64,000 nucleotides of DNA from OCS155 cluster bacterium AG-333-G23 (GTDB lineage: Bacteria; Actinomycetota; Acidimicrobiia; Actinomarinales; Actinomarinaceae): the NCBI GenBank assembly GCA_003282445.1, contig QBZE01000004.1:14836-78835 (forward strand), in the 5' to 3' direction. Within the stretch, counting starts at the first letter, position 1, and each line of letters begins with the position of its first letter. Of the stretch, positions 37,003 to 47,243 are shown one piece after another. The notes beneath the pieces were generated by a model. That model was not told the origin of the DNA. It saw only the letters and a program-made list of their open reading frames with translations, and ran no database searches. A program made the position numbers and the translations under genes.

Positions 37003-37510
37003 CTACTTTCCCTATATAAATATCTGTTAATTTTTGTATTTCACTTTCTACTCTTTTTGTATCATCAGTAGAGCTATCAGACATAGAGCTTGAAACATTA
37101 TCAATACCATTTCTCCTATGAGATCTTATTGATATTTTTGCTTCTTCTGATTCCTTTGAAGCTACCTTTGTTAATTCTTTTCTTCTTTCTTCAGATAATG
37201 CGGGTATGGGTATTCTTATAATGTCTCCGTCAACAGCTGGATTTAATCCAATATCTTCATTTTGTATAGATTTTTCTATTTCGTTAATTGAGCTTTTATC
37301 AAAGGGTTGTACAACGATTAATTTTGGGTCTGGAATATTTATTGTTGCCAATTGTTGAAGAGGTGTTTGTGTTCCATAGTAATCTACATTAATATTTGAA
37401 ACTAAACTCGGGTTCGCTCTTCCTGTTCTAATCTTAGATAGGGAATCAATAAGATGATTTATTGAAAGCTTCATATTGCTTTCTACTTCTTTTACTATCT
37501 GTTCTTCCAT
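36959..37510 (-). CDS. frr: ribosome recycling factor
   Basis: RTGRANPSLV...IPIPALSEERRKEL. Confidence 0.95.
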   Translation of the reverse strand: MEEQIVKEVESNMKLSINHLIDSLSKIRTGRANPSLVSNINVDYYGTQTPLQQLATINIPDPKLIVVQPFDKSSINEIEKSIQNEDIGLNPAVDGDIIRIPIPALSEERRKELTKVASKESEEAKISIRSHRRNGIDNVSSSMSDSSTDDTKRVESEIQKLTDIYIGKVDEILSKKQDELLEV

Positions 37511-37512
37511 TA

Positions 37513-38217
37513 TTATTTAATAACTGTTCCCAGTTTATCACCAGTTAATACTTTATAAATATTATCCTCTTTAGTTCCATCAAAAACTCTAATTGGCATC
37601 TGATTTTCTTCACATAAAGTTATTGCAGTTAAATCCATAACTCCTAATTTGTTACTAACAACATCTTTATAAGAAATGTTTTTATACATTACCGCATCTT
37701 TGTTTTTTTCTGGATCTTTGTCGTAAACACCTTCTACTCTTGTAGATTTAATTACTTCTTGTGCATCTATCTCAGCTGCACGTAATGATGCTGCGGTATC
37801 GGTTGTAAAATATGGGTTGCCAGTTCCGGCTGCAAAAATAACTATTCTCCCCTTTTCAAGATGTCTTATAGCTCTTAGCCTTATATATGGTTCAGCTACT
37901 GCAGTCATGTCTATAGCAGATTGAACTCGTGTTTCATTTCCGTTTCTATCTAAAGCGTCTTTTAATGCAATTGCATTTATTACAGTTGCTAGCATGCCCA
38001 TATAGTCTGCATTTGCTTGTGCCATATCTTTAGCAGATTCATGTACACCTCTAAAAAAATTGCCACCACCAACAACTATTGCGATTTGAATTCCGTCTTT
38101 ACTTGCTCTAGATATTTCATTAGCAATTCTGTTTAATATATTTGGAGAGATACCAAAATTTGTTTCTGAATCAGCAAAAGATTCGCCGGAGAGTTTTAAT
38201 AGAACTCTCTTACTCAT
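37513..38217 (-). CDS. pyrH: UMP kinase
   Basis: [33 protein letters not shown]. Confidence 0.96.
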   Translation of the reverse strand: MSKRVLLKLSGESFADSETNFGISPNILNRIANEISRASKDGIQIAIVVGGGNFFRGVHESAKDMAQANADYMGMLATVINAIALKDALDRNGNETRVQSAIDMTAVAEPYIRLRAIRHLEKGRIVIFAAGTGNPYFTTDTAASLRAAEIDAQEVIKSTRVEGVYDKDPEKNKDAVMYKNISYKDVVSNKLGVMDLTAITLCEENQMPIRVFDGTKEDNIYKVLTGDKLGTVIK

Positions 38218-38826
38218 TTATGTACCTATCTCTATATGTGAAAATTGCTTTATATATATTTTTTCACCTAATTTTCCGGACATCTCATCAATCATATTAC
38301 CTACAGTACCTTCATATAATTCAGGATTGCAAAATATCTGTTCATTTAATACAGTATCTGAATAAAAAGAAGTTATTTTTCCATCAACAATCTTATCTAT
38401 GACTTCTTGTGGTTTTCCTTCATTTTCCGATTGTTTTTTTATAATATCTTTTTCTTCATTAACTTTTGATTCTGGAACTTCATCTATATTCAAATATGTT
38501 GGCTTCATTGCAGCGATATGCATAGCAATTTGCTTTGCAGCATCTTTAAATTCTACGGATTTTGCTACAAAATCTGTTTCGCAGGCTAACTCTACTAGAA
38601 CACCTGCGACTGCCCTATCTTGCTGATAGTGTATGTAGTCTCCAATAGTTCCTTCATTAGCATCTTTACCAGAACGTTTCTTAGAATCAGCTAAACCTTT
38701 TTCTCTTAAGTAAATTACAGCTTTATCAAAATCTAAATCAGATTCTTTTAAAGCTTTTTTCGCATCCATCATGCCAGCACCCGTCATATCTCTTAATTTT
38801 TTAACATCTTCTGCAGAAATTGACAT
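38218..38826 (-). CDS. tsf: elongation factor Ts (short form)
   Basis: UBA-like N-terminus VKKLRDMTGAGMMDAKKAL. Follows rpsB with a 1-nt TAATG overlap. Confidence 0.93.
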   Translation of the reverse strand: MSISAEDVKKLRDMTGAGMMDAKKALKESDLDFDKAVIYLREKGLADSKKRSGKDANEGTIGDYIHYQQDRAVAGVLVELACETDFVAKSVEFKDAAKQIAMHIAAMKPTYLNIDEVPESKVNEEKDIIKKQSENEGKPQEVIDKIVDGKITSFYSDTVLNEQIFCNPELYEGTVGNMIDEMSGKLGEKIYIKQFSHIEIGT

Positions 38827-39539
38827 TATTCGGTATCCTTTTTTTCTGGAACTTCTTTTCTTTTACCTAAACCTTTTAAGCAAGAATCAGCTATTGAAGA
38901 TGCTATTAATTCAATAGATCTTATAGCATCATCATTGCCAGGTATTACGATATCTACATTATCAGGATTCACATTAGAATCAGCAAGAGCAATAACAGGA
39001 ATATTTAATTTATTAGCTTCAGTAAGTGCTGTTGTTTCATTTAATAAATCAACTATAAATATAGCATCAGGAATTTTGTTTAACTCAACAATACCACCTA
39101 TTGATTTCGTTAATTTAGCAATTTCTCTTTTAATTCTTAATCTTTCAGGTTTAGGGTAAGAATTAATTTCTCCTGAGGTTTCAAGAGAATTTAATTCTTT
39201 TAAATAAACTACTCTTTTAATTATTGTTTTAAAATTAGTTAACATACCCCCAAGCCATCTTTGGTTAACATAAGGCATCTGAGCTCTTGTTGCTTGTTCT
39301 TCAACGACTTTTTGTGCTTGAGGTTTAGTTCCAACAAATAGAACTTTTCCGCTATTAGCTACTAATTTTTGTACAAACTCTTGTGCTTCTTCTAATGCTG
39401 AATAGGTAATTCTTAAATCTAGAATATGTATGCCACTTTTATCGTTATAAATGTATTTATCCATTTTAGGATTCCATCTTTCTGTCTGATGGCCAAAATG
39501 AACACCTGCTTCAAGCAATTCTTTCATTGTTGCTGACAA
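38826..39539 (-). CDS. rpsB: 30S ribosomal protein S2
   Basis: LLEAGVHFGHQTERWNPKM. I place the start at TTG 39539 (MSATMKELLEAG), 5 nt after a GGAGA. The ORF-track GTG 39605 would add 22 atypical residues. Confidence 0.9.
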   Translation of the reverse strand: MSATMKELLEAGVHFGHQTERWNPKMDKYIYNDKSGIHILDLRITYSALEEAQEFVQKLVANSGKVLFVGTKPQAQKVVEEQATRAQMPYVNQRWLGGMLTNFKTIIKRVVYLKELNSLETSGEINSYPKPERLRIKREIAKLTKSIGGIVELNKIPDAIFIVDLLNETTALTEANKLNIPVIALADSNVNPDNVDIVIPGNDDAIRSIELIASSIADSCLKGLGKRKEVPEKKDTE

Positions 39540-39663
39540 TTTATCTCCTTTGGTTGTTTCATCCCATATCCCTTGCGTATGCACTTCCAAACTTACGTTC
39601 ACCAAGGAAGCTTGTAGATATGGTGTCTATTTCATTTAAATTTTAATACTATTAATTTATTAA

Positions 39664-40533
39664 TCAACCTCTAGGATGTGTTCTTTTATATTTTTCTTTC
39701 AATTGTTTCTTAGAAACATGTGTATATATCTGTGTTGTGCTGGGATCTGTATGACCAAGCATCTCTTGTACTACTCTAAGATCAGCCCCACCATCTAACA
39801 AATGAGTAGCAAATGTATGCCTAATACTGTGTGGAAAAGTTCCTAATCTTAAATTAACAATACGCTGAATTTGTCTATCTGATATTTTTCCACCTCTAAC
39901 TCCAAGAAATATATAGTTACCTGATTTTTCATTTTTGTATTGACTTCTGTATTTTGATATCCATAAATTCATATAATTGAAACTTTTATCAGTCATTGGT
40001 AATATTCTTACCTTATTTCCTTTACCTAAGACTCTTAGTGATTTATTGTTTTTAAAATCATTAACTTTTAAATTTGTCAATTCTGAAACCCTAAGGCCTG
40101 ATGAGTATAAAATTTCAATTATAGTTCTATCTCTTATTTCTTTAGATGTAGAAGTAGGTATGGTATCAAGAAGATTATTTATGTAATTGCTTGTTAAAAT
40201 TGTTGGAAGCTTTCTTTCAGTTTTTATATTTTTAATTTGTTTTATATCTTTTATATTTAATTTTTTTTGCTTAATACACCAATTAAAAAAGCTGGATATA
40301 GATACAATTTTTCTATTCACAGTACTCTTGGCATATTTACTTTTAGATAGACTCTGTACGTATTTTTCTATTTCGTAATAATTTTTATTTTTTGTATTTA
40401 TATATTCAAAATATTTTTTTATGTCAGTTTTATATGAAGTAATTGTATTTTTAGAATAACCTTTAATTTTTTCAAGATATTCTATATATTCATCAATAAT
40501 TTTTAATTGATGACTTTTATTATCTAGCTTCAA
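39664..40533 (-). CDS. xerC: tyrosine recombinase XerC/XerD family
   Basis: Catalytic RVSE...[12 protein letters not shown]...[13 protein letters not shown]. Conserved position upstream of rpsB in Actinobacteria. Confidence 0.88.
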   Translation of the reverse strand: MKLDNKSHQLKIIDEYIEYLEKIKGYSKNTITSYKTDIKKYFEYINTKNKNYYEIEKYVQSLSKSKYAKSTVNRKIVSISSFFNWCIKQKKLNIKDIKQIKNIKTERKLPTILTSNYINNLLDTIPTSTSKEIRDRTIIEILYSSGLRVSELTNLKVNDFKNNKSLRVLGKGNKVRILPMTDKSFNYMNLWISKYRSQYKNEKSGNYIFLGVRGGKISDRQIQRIVNLRLGTFPHSIRHTFATHLLDGGADLRVVQEMLGHTDPSTTQIYTHVSKKQLKEKYKRTHPRG

Positions 40534-41272
40534 GTTTCTGCTCTAACCTTCTTTGTAAAATTGATAAAAACAAAGTTACACATAAATAACATACAGTTAA
40601 AACAAGATATGTTTCTTGAAAACGAAATGTTGATCCTGCATAAAGTCTTCCCTTATATGTCAAATCTTGAACAGCTAATACTGACAACAAAGAAGAGTCT
40701 TTCATCATAGAGATAAAATCATTTCCTAATGCAGGAAGCATATTTCTAAACGCTTGTGGAAGTACTATATATCTCATAATTTGTCTTTCATTTAAACCTA
40801 GTGATGCACCACCTTCACGTTGACCCGTAGATACTGATTCGATACCAGCTCTAAAAACTTCAGCAATATAAGCACCGTAGAATATTGAAAGAGCAATGAT
40901 TGCTCTGATAATCATTGGAACATTTCCATTGTTGATATTAAATAACTTAGCTGCATCCACTACTACAACAAAAGCAATAGTAAAAATTAAGATCAAAATA
41001 GGGACACCTCGAACAAATTCAATATATGTGCGGGATAAAGTACTAGAAATTTTATTATTCGATATTCTGCCAATACCAAGAATTAAACCAAGAAAAAGAG
41101 CAATAACAAAAGATACAAGAGTTGATCCAAAAGTAATTCTTAGACCGGGAATAATATAATTAAATGCTTTAAGGTACTCTTCTCCAGTTGTAATCTTGAA
41201 AACCATATATGCAATCAAAAAAAACAGAATGAAAGCCCAGGTGTTATCAACTTTGAATATTTTTTTAATCAT
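40520..41272 (-). CDS. amino-acid ABC transporter permease (His/Glu/Gln/Arg/opine family)
   Basis: EAA loop [30 protein letters not shown]. The start is taken at ATG 41272 because the ORF-track GTG 41299 lies inside the upstream hairpin. Confidence 0.85.
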   Translation of the reverse strand: MIKKIFKVDNTWAFILFFLIAYMVFKITTGEEYLKAFNYIIPGLRITFGSTLVSFVIALFLGLILGIGRISNNKISSTLSRTYIEFVRGVPILILIFTIAFVVVVDAAKLFNINNGNVPMIIRAIIALSIFYGAYIAEVFRAGIESVSTGQREGGASLGLNERQIMRYIVLPQAFRNMLPALGNDFISMMKDSSLLSVLAVQDLTYKGRLYAGSTFRFQETYLVLTVCYLCVTLFLSILQRRLEQKLEAR

Positions 41273-41290
41273 AATAACTAATAATAAAAC

Positions 41291-41316
41291 AATAGGCACG
41301 GAAATCCGTGCCTATT
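41291..41316 (-). terminator. terminator-like hairpin between the binding-protein and permease genes
   Basis: Perfect 11-bp stem AATAGGCACGG/CCGTGCCTATT with a 4-nt loop. On the - strand it is followed by GTTTTATTATT. Confidence 0.6.
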
Positions 41317-41345
41317 GAATAAATATAATTCTTTTAATTTAAAAG

Positions 41346-42245
41346 TTATACTTCACAATCCTCTGGTAGATAGTCTTCAGGAATTTGTGCATCACATTCA
41401 GCAATATCATCATATGAAACTGTAAAACCAGGTGAAAAGAATTTATCATTTATTTCTGTTAATTTTCCACTTGATTTCATATCAGCTAAACCTTGGTTGA
41501 CAACATCAACTAATGGACTTCCTTCAGGAAATGCAAAACCTAATGGATCAGTTTGTAAACCATCACCAACAAGTTTTACTTTATCCTTGTTTGCACCCAT
41601 GTATCCAAGACCAGCGACTTCATCAACAATAGAAGCAACTGCATCTCCAGATATAACAGCAGCAATAGCAAAATCAAAAGTATCATATGCATCAACTTTG
41701 TCTTCACCGAATAAACTAACTGCTAATTCGTAATTAGTTGTACCTTTTTGAGTAGCAACTTTACCATCTCCATTTACAATATCTGCATCAGAAGTAATAT
41801 CGTCATTACCTGCTGCTACAAGTATTCTTTGTTGAAGAACGATGTAACTATCAGAAAAATCTACAATTTTATCTCTTTCTGCAGTTATTGATATTCCATC
41901 ACCAGCAATCATATATTGACCATCAGCTACTGCTTGAATCATTCCATCCCATGCAGCTGGAACATATACAGGTGTAAAGTTCATTAATTCTGCCATATGA
42001 TTAAATACGTCATAATCCCAACCCTTAGCTTCACCATCAGCTGGATCAACGTAATTGAAAGGAAGGTAAGCATTTTCAACAGCAAAAGTAAACTCGCAAC
42101 CATCTAAATCAGGTAACCCATTGCTACCAGTACCAATTTCCACTTCATCACAAGGAACAGCTGCACTTGAACATGCAGTTGCAATCATTGCTAAAGCAAA
42201 AACTAATATTAATGTCTTTTTACTTTTCAAGTTATAGACCTCCAT
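41346..42245 (-). CDS. amino-acid ABC transporter substrate-binding lipoprotein (family 3)
   Basis: Lipobox MIATACSS. Type-3 SBP core (FAVENAYLPFNY...DGISITAERDKIVDFSDSY). Confidence 0.85.
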   Translation of the reverse strand: MEVYNLKSKKTLILVFALAMIATACSSAAVPCDEVEIGTGSNGLPDLDGCEFTFAVENAYLPFNYVDPADGEAKGWDYDVFNHMAELMNFTPVYVPAAWDGMIQAVADGQYMIAGDGISITAERDKIVDFSDSYIVLQQRILVAAGNDDITSDADIVNGDGKVATQKGTTNYELAVSLFGEDKVDAYDTFDFAIAAVISGDAVASIVDEVAGLGYMGANKDKVKLVGDGLQTDPLGFAFPEGSPLVDVVNQGLADMKSSGKLTEINDKFFSPGFTVSYDDIAECDAQIPEDYLPEDCEV

Positions 42246-42303
42246 TTATATAGGATTATTATTACACATATATTTTTAAAACTAAATAAGTAATAAATTA
42301 AAT

Positions 42304-43059
42304 TTAATTATCTAACGTATTCTTGTAATTAGGCTTTCTTTTTTCAACAAATGCAGCCATTCCCTCTACAGCGTCTGTATGAATAAATCTTTTATTCTGA
42401 TTTTCACCTTCTAAATCTAAAGTTTCTGTAAAAGATAAATCTAAACCTTGTTTTATTTGATCTTTTATCATGCATATTGATATAAAGCTTTGCTCATTTA
42501 GTAGGTCAATTAAATCTGTTAACTCAGAGTCTAAATTTTCTCTTTGTGTCAACTTATACAGCATTCCTAAATTTTTCATAGATTCACCATCAATTTCTTT
42601 AGTTGTCATCATCAATTCTTTAGCTTTTTGAAGTCCTATCATTCTTGGTAAATTCCATGATCCACCAAAATCAACCACAAGTCCTCTTCTTGCGAATACT
42701 TCGATAAACCTTGTTGTAGAAGTTGCAATTATGAAATCACTTAATAGAATCATATTTGCTCCTGCTCCAGCACATACACCATCAACAGCAGCTATTACTG
42801 GTTTTTTACAATTCCACAATGCTTTTGCTGCTAAATTTACATCTTCCATTAAGGCATTTATGTTTTCAGCTAATTGAGCACCTGATGAAAAGTTTCCATT
42901 TATTTCTTTTAATACTAAATATTTCTGATCACTGTCTTCAAACTTTTCAATCTGCGATTTCAGTTCTTTCCAGTCATTAGCTGATATAGAATTTGAAGTT
43001 TTTTCATCATTAAATGAGATATATAGAGTCTCATTAGTAATTTTAGTTTCTAGTGCCAT
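42304..43059 (-). CDS. enoyl-CoA hydratase/isomerase (crotonase) family protein
   Basis: Crotonase fold and oxyanion region (PVIAAVDGVCAGAGANMILLSDFIIA). Confidence 0.85.
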   Translation of the reverse strand: MALETKITNETLYISFNDEKTSNSISANDWKELKSQIEKFEDSDQKYLVLKEINGNFSSGAQLAENINALMEDVNLAAKALWNCKKPVIAAVDGVCAGAGANMILLSDFIIATSTTRFIEVFARRGLVVDFGGSWNLPRMIGLQKAKELMMTTKEIDGESMKNLGMLYKLTQRENLDSELTDLIDLLNEQSFISICMIKDQIKQGLDLSFTETLDLEGENQNKRFIHTDAVEGMAAFVEKRKPNYKNTLDN

Positions 43060-43182
43060 AGATTAGAGTTTAATATATTTATATATAAAATGTAGTTATG
43101 GGATTTGATCCAAATAGACCATACAAAGCAAATAAATATGATTACGCAAATATAATATTTTGCTTTTTGCTTGCTGTATTTG

Positions 43183-43773
43183 CTATTTATTGGGCTCTAA
43201 ATTAAAAGACCTACGGTGAATATCTGTTAAACCATGCTTTTCAATACTTTCTCTATGTGCCTGAGTTCCGTATCCTTTATTGTTTTCAAATAAATATTGA
43301 GGATAATTTTTTGATATTTTTTTCATTAGGTTGTCTCTATATACCTTTGCGATAATACTTGCAAGAGCTATAGCTTTACTATTGTCCTCACCCCTTACTA
43401 ATGAAACTGAAGAAAATTTATTTATTTTAAAATGATCTACATAGACTTTTTCTACACCTGTATATATTCCTTTAATAGAATTTTCTAATACTATTTTGTT
43501 TGCTTCTGATATTCCAATTTCGTCAATGATATTATTCGAACATTCGGATATTGAGTAAACAACATTGTTATTAGAAATTAATTCAAATATTTCATTTCTT
43601 TTTTTTTCGCTAAGTTTTTTTGAATCTTTTACTTCTATTAATAAATCTTCATGAGATTTATTTATTTTTACTGCTGCCCCTACTATCGGCCCAGCAAAAG
43701 AACCTCTCCCTACTTCATCAGCTCCTATTACAAATTGATTAGGATTGTTACTCCAAACTTTATTTTCAATCAT
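43183..43773 (-). CDS. rnhB: ribonuclease HII
   Basis: GADEVGRGSFAGPIV, DSKKLS, GYGTQAH. Confidence 0.92.
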   Translation of the reverse strand: MIENKVWSNNPNQFVIGADEVGRGSFAGPIVGAAVKINKSHEDLLIEVKDSKKLSEKKRNEIFELISNNNVVYSISECSNNIIDEIGISEANKIVLENSIKGIYTGVEKVYVDHFKINKFSSVSLVRGEDNSKAIALASIIAKVYRDNLMKKISKNYPQYLFENNKGYGTQAHRESIEKHGLTDIHRRSFNLEPNK

Positions 43774-44347
43774 TTATATTGCTTATTTCATTAATAGGAA
43801 ATATTTTGTATTCTGCTCTACCAATAATTTGATTTATGTTTACTGATCCATATATTCTTGAATCTATACTATTTGATCTATTATCTCCAAGAACAAAAAT
43901 AGAATTACTTGGGACAATATATGTAGCGTCTACTTTTGTTTCATTTACTGGAATATTCGCAAATTTAATTAATGTGCCATTATTGTATATATCACCATCT
44001 TTAATTTTAATTTCATCACCCTCAAAACCAATAACTCTCTTAATAAAAGCTGTATCGATTGTTAATTGTTGATTATTAAAATTCCATATTTGTAATGAAT
44101 CATAAAATTCTTCAAATGTACTTTTTTGATAAACATAATCTGGATTATAAAAAACAATAACATCTCCGATTTTATAATTTAGATTAAGAAATTTATCTTT
44201 AATAACAAGAACTCTGTCGTTAATATTTAATGTTGGTTCCATAGAAGCAGAAGGAATGAAATATATTTGAATAATAAATGTTCTTATAAAAGTAGCAACA
44301 ATAATTGCTGATAAGAATATAGATATATTTTTTAAATATTTAATAAT
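43766..44347 (-). CDS. lepB: signal peptidase I (start codon non-canonical, position approximate)
   Basis: Catalytic box IPSASMEPT, Lys box RVIGFEGD, GDNRSNSIDSR. The TM anchor and catalytic Ser are encoded upstream of the only ATG (44242). The frame is open back to stop 44359..44357 and has no ATG, GTG or TTG. Confidence 0.8.
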   Translation of the reverse strand: MIKYLKNISIFLSAIIVATFIRTFIIQIYFIPSASMEPTLNINDRVLVIKDKFLNLNYKIGDVIVFYNPDYVYQKSTFEEFYDSLQIWNFNNQQLTIDTAFIKRVIGFEGDEIKIKDGDIYNNGTLIKFANIPVNETKVDATYIVPSNSIFVLGDNRSNSIDSRIYGSVNINQIIGRAEYKIFPINEISNIND

Positions 44348-44364
44348 ATTTTTATATTAGTAAG

Positions 44365-44709
44365 TTAGTTACGGTCTTCTTTAATTTTTGCAGATTTTCC
44401 AATTCTATCTCTTAAATAATAAAGTTTTGATCTTCTTACTTTGCCTTTTCTCTGTATTTCAATAGATTCGACGATAGGCGCATGTACGGGGAAAATTCTT
44501 TCTACTCCAACACCAAATGAGAGTTTTCTTACTGTTATAGTCTTGCTAATCCCAACGCCATTAATAGAAATAATCACTCCTTCAAAAGTTTGTATTCTTT
44601 CTCTATTTCCTTCAGAAACTTTAACATTTACTTTTACTGAATCACCAGAGTTCAGTTCGGGTAAATCTGTTTTTAATTGATTATTTTCTATTTCGTTTAT
44701 TAGATTCAT
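44365..44709 (-). CDS. rplS: 50S ribosomal protein L19
   Basis: [25 protein letters not shown]...LYYLR. Confidence 0.97.
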   Translation of the reverse strand: MNLINEIENNQLKTDLPELNSGDSVKVNVKVSEGNRERIQTFEGVIISINGVGISKTITVRKLSFGVGVERIFPVHAPIVESIEIQRKGKVRRSKLYYLRDRIGKSAKIKEDRN

Positions 44710-44746
44710 AGCTTCCTCAAACAGAAATTATATTATCTATGTAAGA

Positions 44747-45385
44747 TTAAATGTCTTTTAATTTGTTATTTTTCCAATTATCTATTTCTTTATGATTGCC
44801 AGATAATAATACTTCAGGGACTGTCATTTCTTTATACGTTTCAGGCCTCGTATAAACAGGAAAATCATACGTACCATCTGTAAATGATTCATTTACTAAG
44901 GACTCTGAATTTCCTAAAACACCAGGGACTCTTCGCATTAAAGCTTCCATAAGGAACATTGCAGGAACTTCACCACCAGAAACAACTGCGTCACCAATTG
45001 ATACTTCATAGTCACTATGCATATCTATTATTCTTTGATCAAAGCCTTCATACCTTCCACAAATTATATTTATAGATTCATAAGCGAGTAAATCTTTTAT
45101 TGATTTTTCATCAAGTTTTGACCCTGATGGTGTTAAAAATACATTTATATCTGCTTTGTTATTTAATATTGCATTATCAAGAGGCTCAACCATCATAACC
45201 ATACCTGGTCCACCTCCGTAGGGTGCATCATCTGTTTGCTTATAATTACCAATACCAAAATCTCGTAAATTAGTAGTTTGAAATTTTAAAATATTTTTGT
45301 CTAATCCGTTAGAAATAATTCCAGTTTTTATCCATTCATCAAATAAATTAGGAAATAATGTAATTACATTATATTTTGATAACAT
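44747..45385 (-). CDS. trmD: tRNA (guanine37-N1)-methyltransferase
   Basis: SPOUT/TrmD motifs DDAPYGGGPGMVM, CGRYEGFDQR, SIGDAVVSGGE. Confidence 0.95.
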   Translation of the reverse strand: MLSKYNVITLFPNLFDEWIKTGIISNGLDKNILKFQTTNLRDFGIGNYKQTDDAPYGGGPGMVMMVEPLDNAILNNKADINVFLTPSGSKLDEKSIKDLLAYESINIICGRYEGFDQRIIDMHSDYEVSIGDAVVSGGEVPAMFLMEALMRRVPGVLGNSESLVNESFTDGTYDFPVYTRPETYKEMTVPEVLLSGNHKEIDNWKNNKLKDI

Positions 45386-47243
45386 CTTCTTCCAAGCTTA
45401 ATTCTTCAACTTTCTTTAATTTGGTATAAAGTGTATTTCTGAGATATGGTTTTTTATTATTTTCTTTTATAAGATTAATAAATTCATGATCTGTAGTTTC
45501 TTGACCATGCGATGCTCCAGAAGCTCTACTGATATTTTCGTTAATTAATGTGCCACCTAAATCATTAACACCAGCTTTTAATAAATTTGAAGCTCCATCA
45601 TGTCCAAGCTTAACCCAACTCGCTTGTATGTTGTCAATAAAAGTATTGAAATAGATTCTTGCTAATGAATGGATAAGAACAATTTCATCCCATGTTGGAC
45701 CAGGCATACTTTTTCCCTGAAGGTAAATTGGTGATCCCATATGAACAAAGGGAAGGGGTACTACTTCTGTAAATCCCCTAGTTCTACTTTGGAGTTGCCT
45801 TATTAGTGAATAATGATTTGTCCAAGATTTTATATCATCAATATGTCCAAACATAATAGTTGCTGTTGACTTGATTCCAATTGAATGAGCAACTTCCATT
45901 ACATATGCCCATTCTTTTGATGTGATTTTATCTGGACATAAATATTTTCTAATTCGATCATCTAATATCTCCGCAGCAGTTCCTGGCAAAGTGTTTAGAC
46001 CTGCGTCTTTTAACATAGATAGGTAATCTTCAATACTTTTATTTATTGTCTCAGCACCTTGCCATATCTCTAGTGGCGTGAAACCATGAATATGCATATC
46101 TGGTATTTCTTCTTTAATTTCTTTTACTAGATTTAAATAAAATTCACCTGTGTAGTTAGGATGTATTCCTCCCTGGAGACATACTTCTGAAGCTCCTGAT
46201 TCATATGCTTCCTTTGATCTTTCAACTACTTCTTTTGAATCTAACGAATAAGGAACTTCTTTTAGATCTAAACTCTTTGGGCCTTTTGAAAAACCACAAA
46301 AACCACATTTATAATAACACTGATTCGTATAATTAATATTTCTGTTTTTTACAAAAGTGACTTTATTTCCGTTAATTTTTAGATTTAATTCATTTGCAAA
46401 TTCTGAAATTCTATTTATATATTTTCCTGAAGTTTTAAATAATTCAGTTAAATCATCATCTGTAATTATTTCTTCATCTTCTAATTTTTCAAATATATAA
46501 TTAAATTTATCCGATTTATAATCTGAATCATTATTAAAAACATAATTAAATAATTTTGGAATTGTTTTACCACTACCTGGATACCAGTCTGTAGTCTTTC
46601 TTCTATAACCACGTACATCCCTTGTAAGCAAATAATTAGTGAATTCTTCTTTTTTAAGTATTTCTCTTGCTTCATTAATTTTTAGAATTGGTGATAAAAC
46701 AGTACGTTCATATAGGTTCTTATTGCTTATATTTTGTAACTCAGCAATCTGCTCAGTATTCCAATCTCTTAACATTAAGTCGTTTACACCATGATTAATA
46801 GCATCTAAAGCATCATCAATAGTATTTACATATTTAGATATTAAATGTTCATAATCTGGCTTATAAAGATTGATAAAATTCATATCATCAAGTTTGGATA
46901 CTTGTATTGTTCTAGGTTTTAACCTTGTTAAGACTTCTAATGCAACTTCTTTATTCCCCTTATATGAATAAACTAGTCTTCTTGAATCAGTATTTTTATA
47001 TGTTTCCCAATCTTCATCATTTATTAACCACATAGAAGATTCGTAATTAATATTGTTTGAAATTGTTTGGAAACCTTTTCTGTTAATTTCTACAAAATTT
47101 AGATCATCTTTTATTAAAAAAGAGGAAGTGCCTTCTTTTCTTCTAGAGTTTAAAAATATTTCATTATCATTGTCACAAGGTCTTATTCTCAGATAAGATA
47201 TATTAGCTTGCATATTCATATTTTTTTGGATATCCATCTTCAT
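45369..47243 (-). CDS. cofH: FO synthase CofH-type radical-SAM subunit with ~250-300 aa N-terminal region of unknown function
   Basis: Radical-SAM CYYKCGFCGF at aa 309-318. CofH-like C-terminal half (GGIHPNY...GTAAEILDD...SATIMFGH). Overlaps cofG by 41 nt and trmD by 17 nt. Confidence 0.85.
   Translation of the reverse strand: MKMDIQKNMNMQANISYLRIRPCDNDNEIFLNSRRKEGTSSFLIKDDLNFVEINRKGFQTISNNINYESSMWLINDEDWETYKNTDSRRLVYSYKGNKEVALEVLTRLKPRTIQVSKLDDMNFINLYKPDYEHLISKYVNTIDDALDAINHGVNDLMLRDWNTEQIAELQNISNKNLYERTVLSPILKINEAREILKKEEFTNYLLTRDVRGYRRKTTDWYPGSGKTIPKLFNYVFNNDSDYKSDKFNYIFEKLEDEEIITDDDLTELFKTSGKYINRISEFANELNLKINGNKVTFVKNRNINYTNQCYYKCGFCGFSKGPKSLDLKEVPYSLDSKEVVERSKEAYESGASEVCLQGGIHPNYTGEFYLNLVKEIKEEIPDMHIHGFTPLEIWQGAETINKSIEDYLSMLKDAGLNTLPGTAAEILDDRIRKYLCPDKITSKEWAYVMEVAHSIGIKSTATIMFGHIDDIKSWTNHYSLIRQLQSRTRGFTEVVPLPFVHMGSPIYLQGKSMPGPTWDEIVLIHSLARIYFNTFIDNIQASWVKLGHDGASNLLKAGVNDLGGTLINENISRASGASHGQETTDHEFINLIKENNKKPYLRNTLYTKLKKVEELSLEEDVIKI

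Noticed and set aside
39664-40533. The tyrosine recombinase as a mobile-element integrase.
   Set aside because: It has Xer-type length and motifs. It sits in the conserved actinobacterial xerC position upstream of rpsB-tsf-pyrH-frr. No flanking repeats or phage/ICE genes are present.
43098-43205. 35-codon ORF (MGFDPNRPYKANKYDYANIIFCFLLAVFAIYWALN) in the gap between the crotonase gene and rnhB.
   Set aside because: It could be a tail-anchored micro-protein, but it overlaps the rnhB 3' end by 23 nt and has no RBS I can point to. I have no conservation evidence, so it is not listed as a feature.
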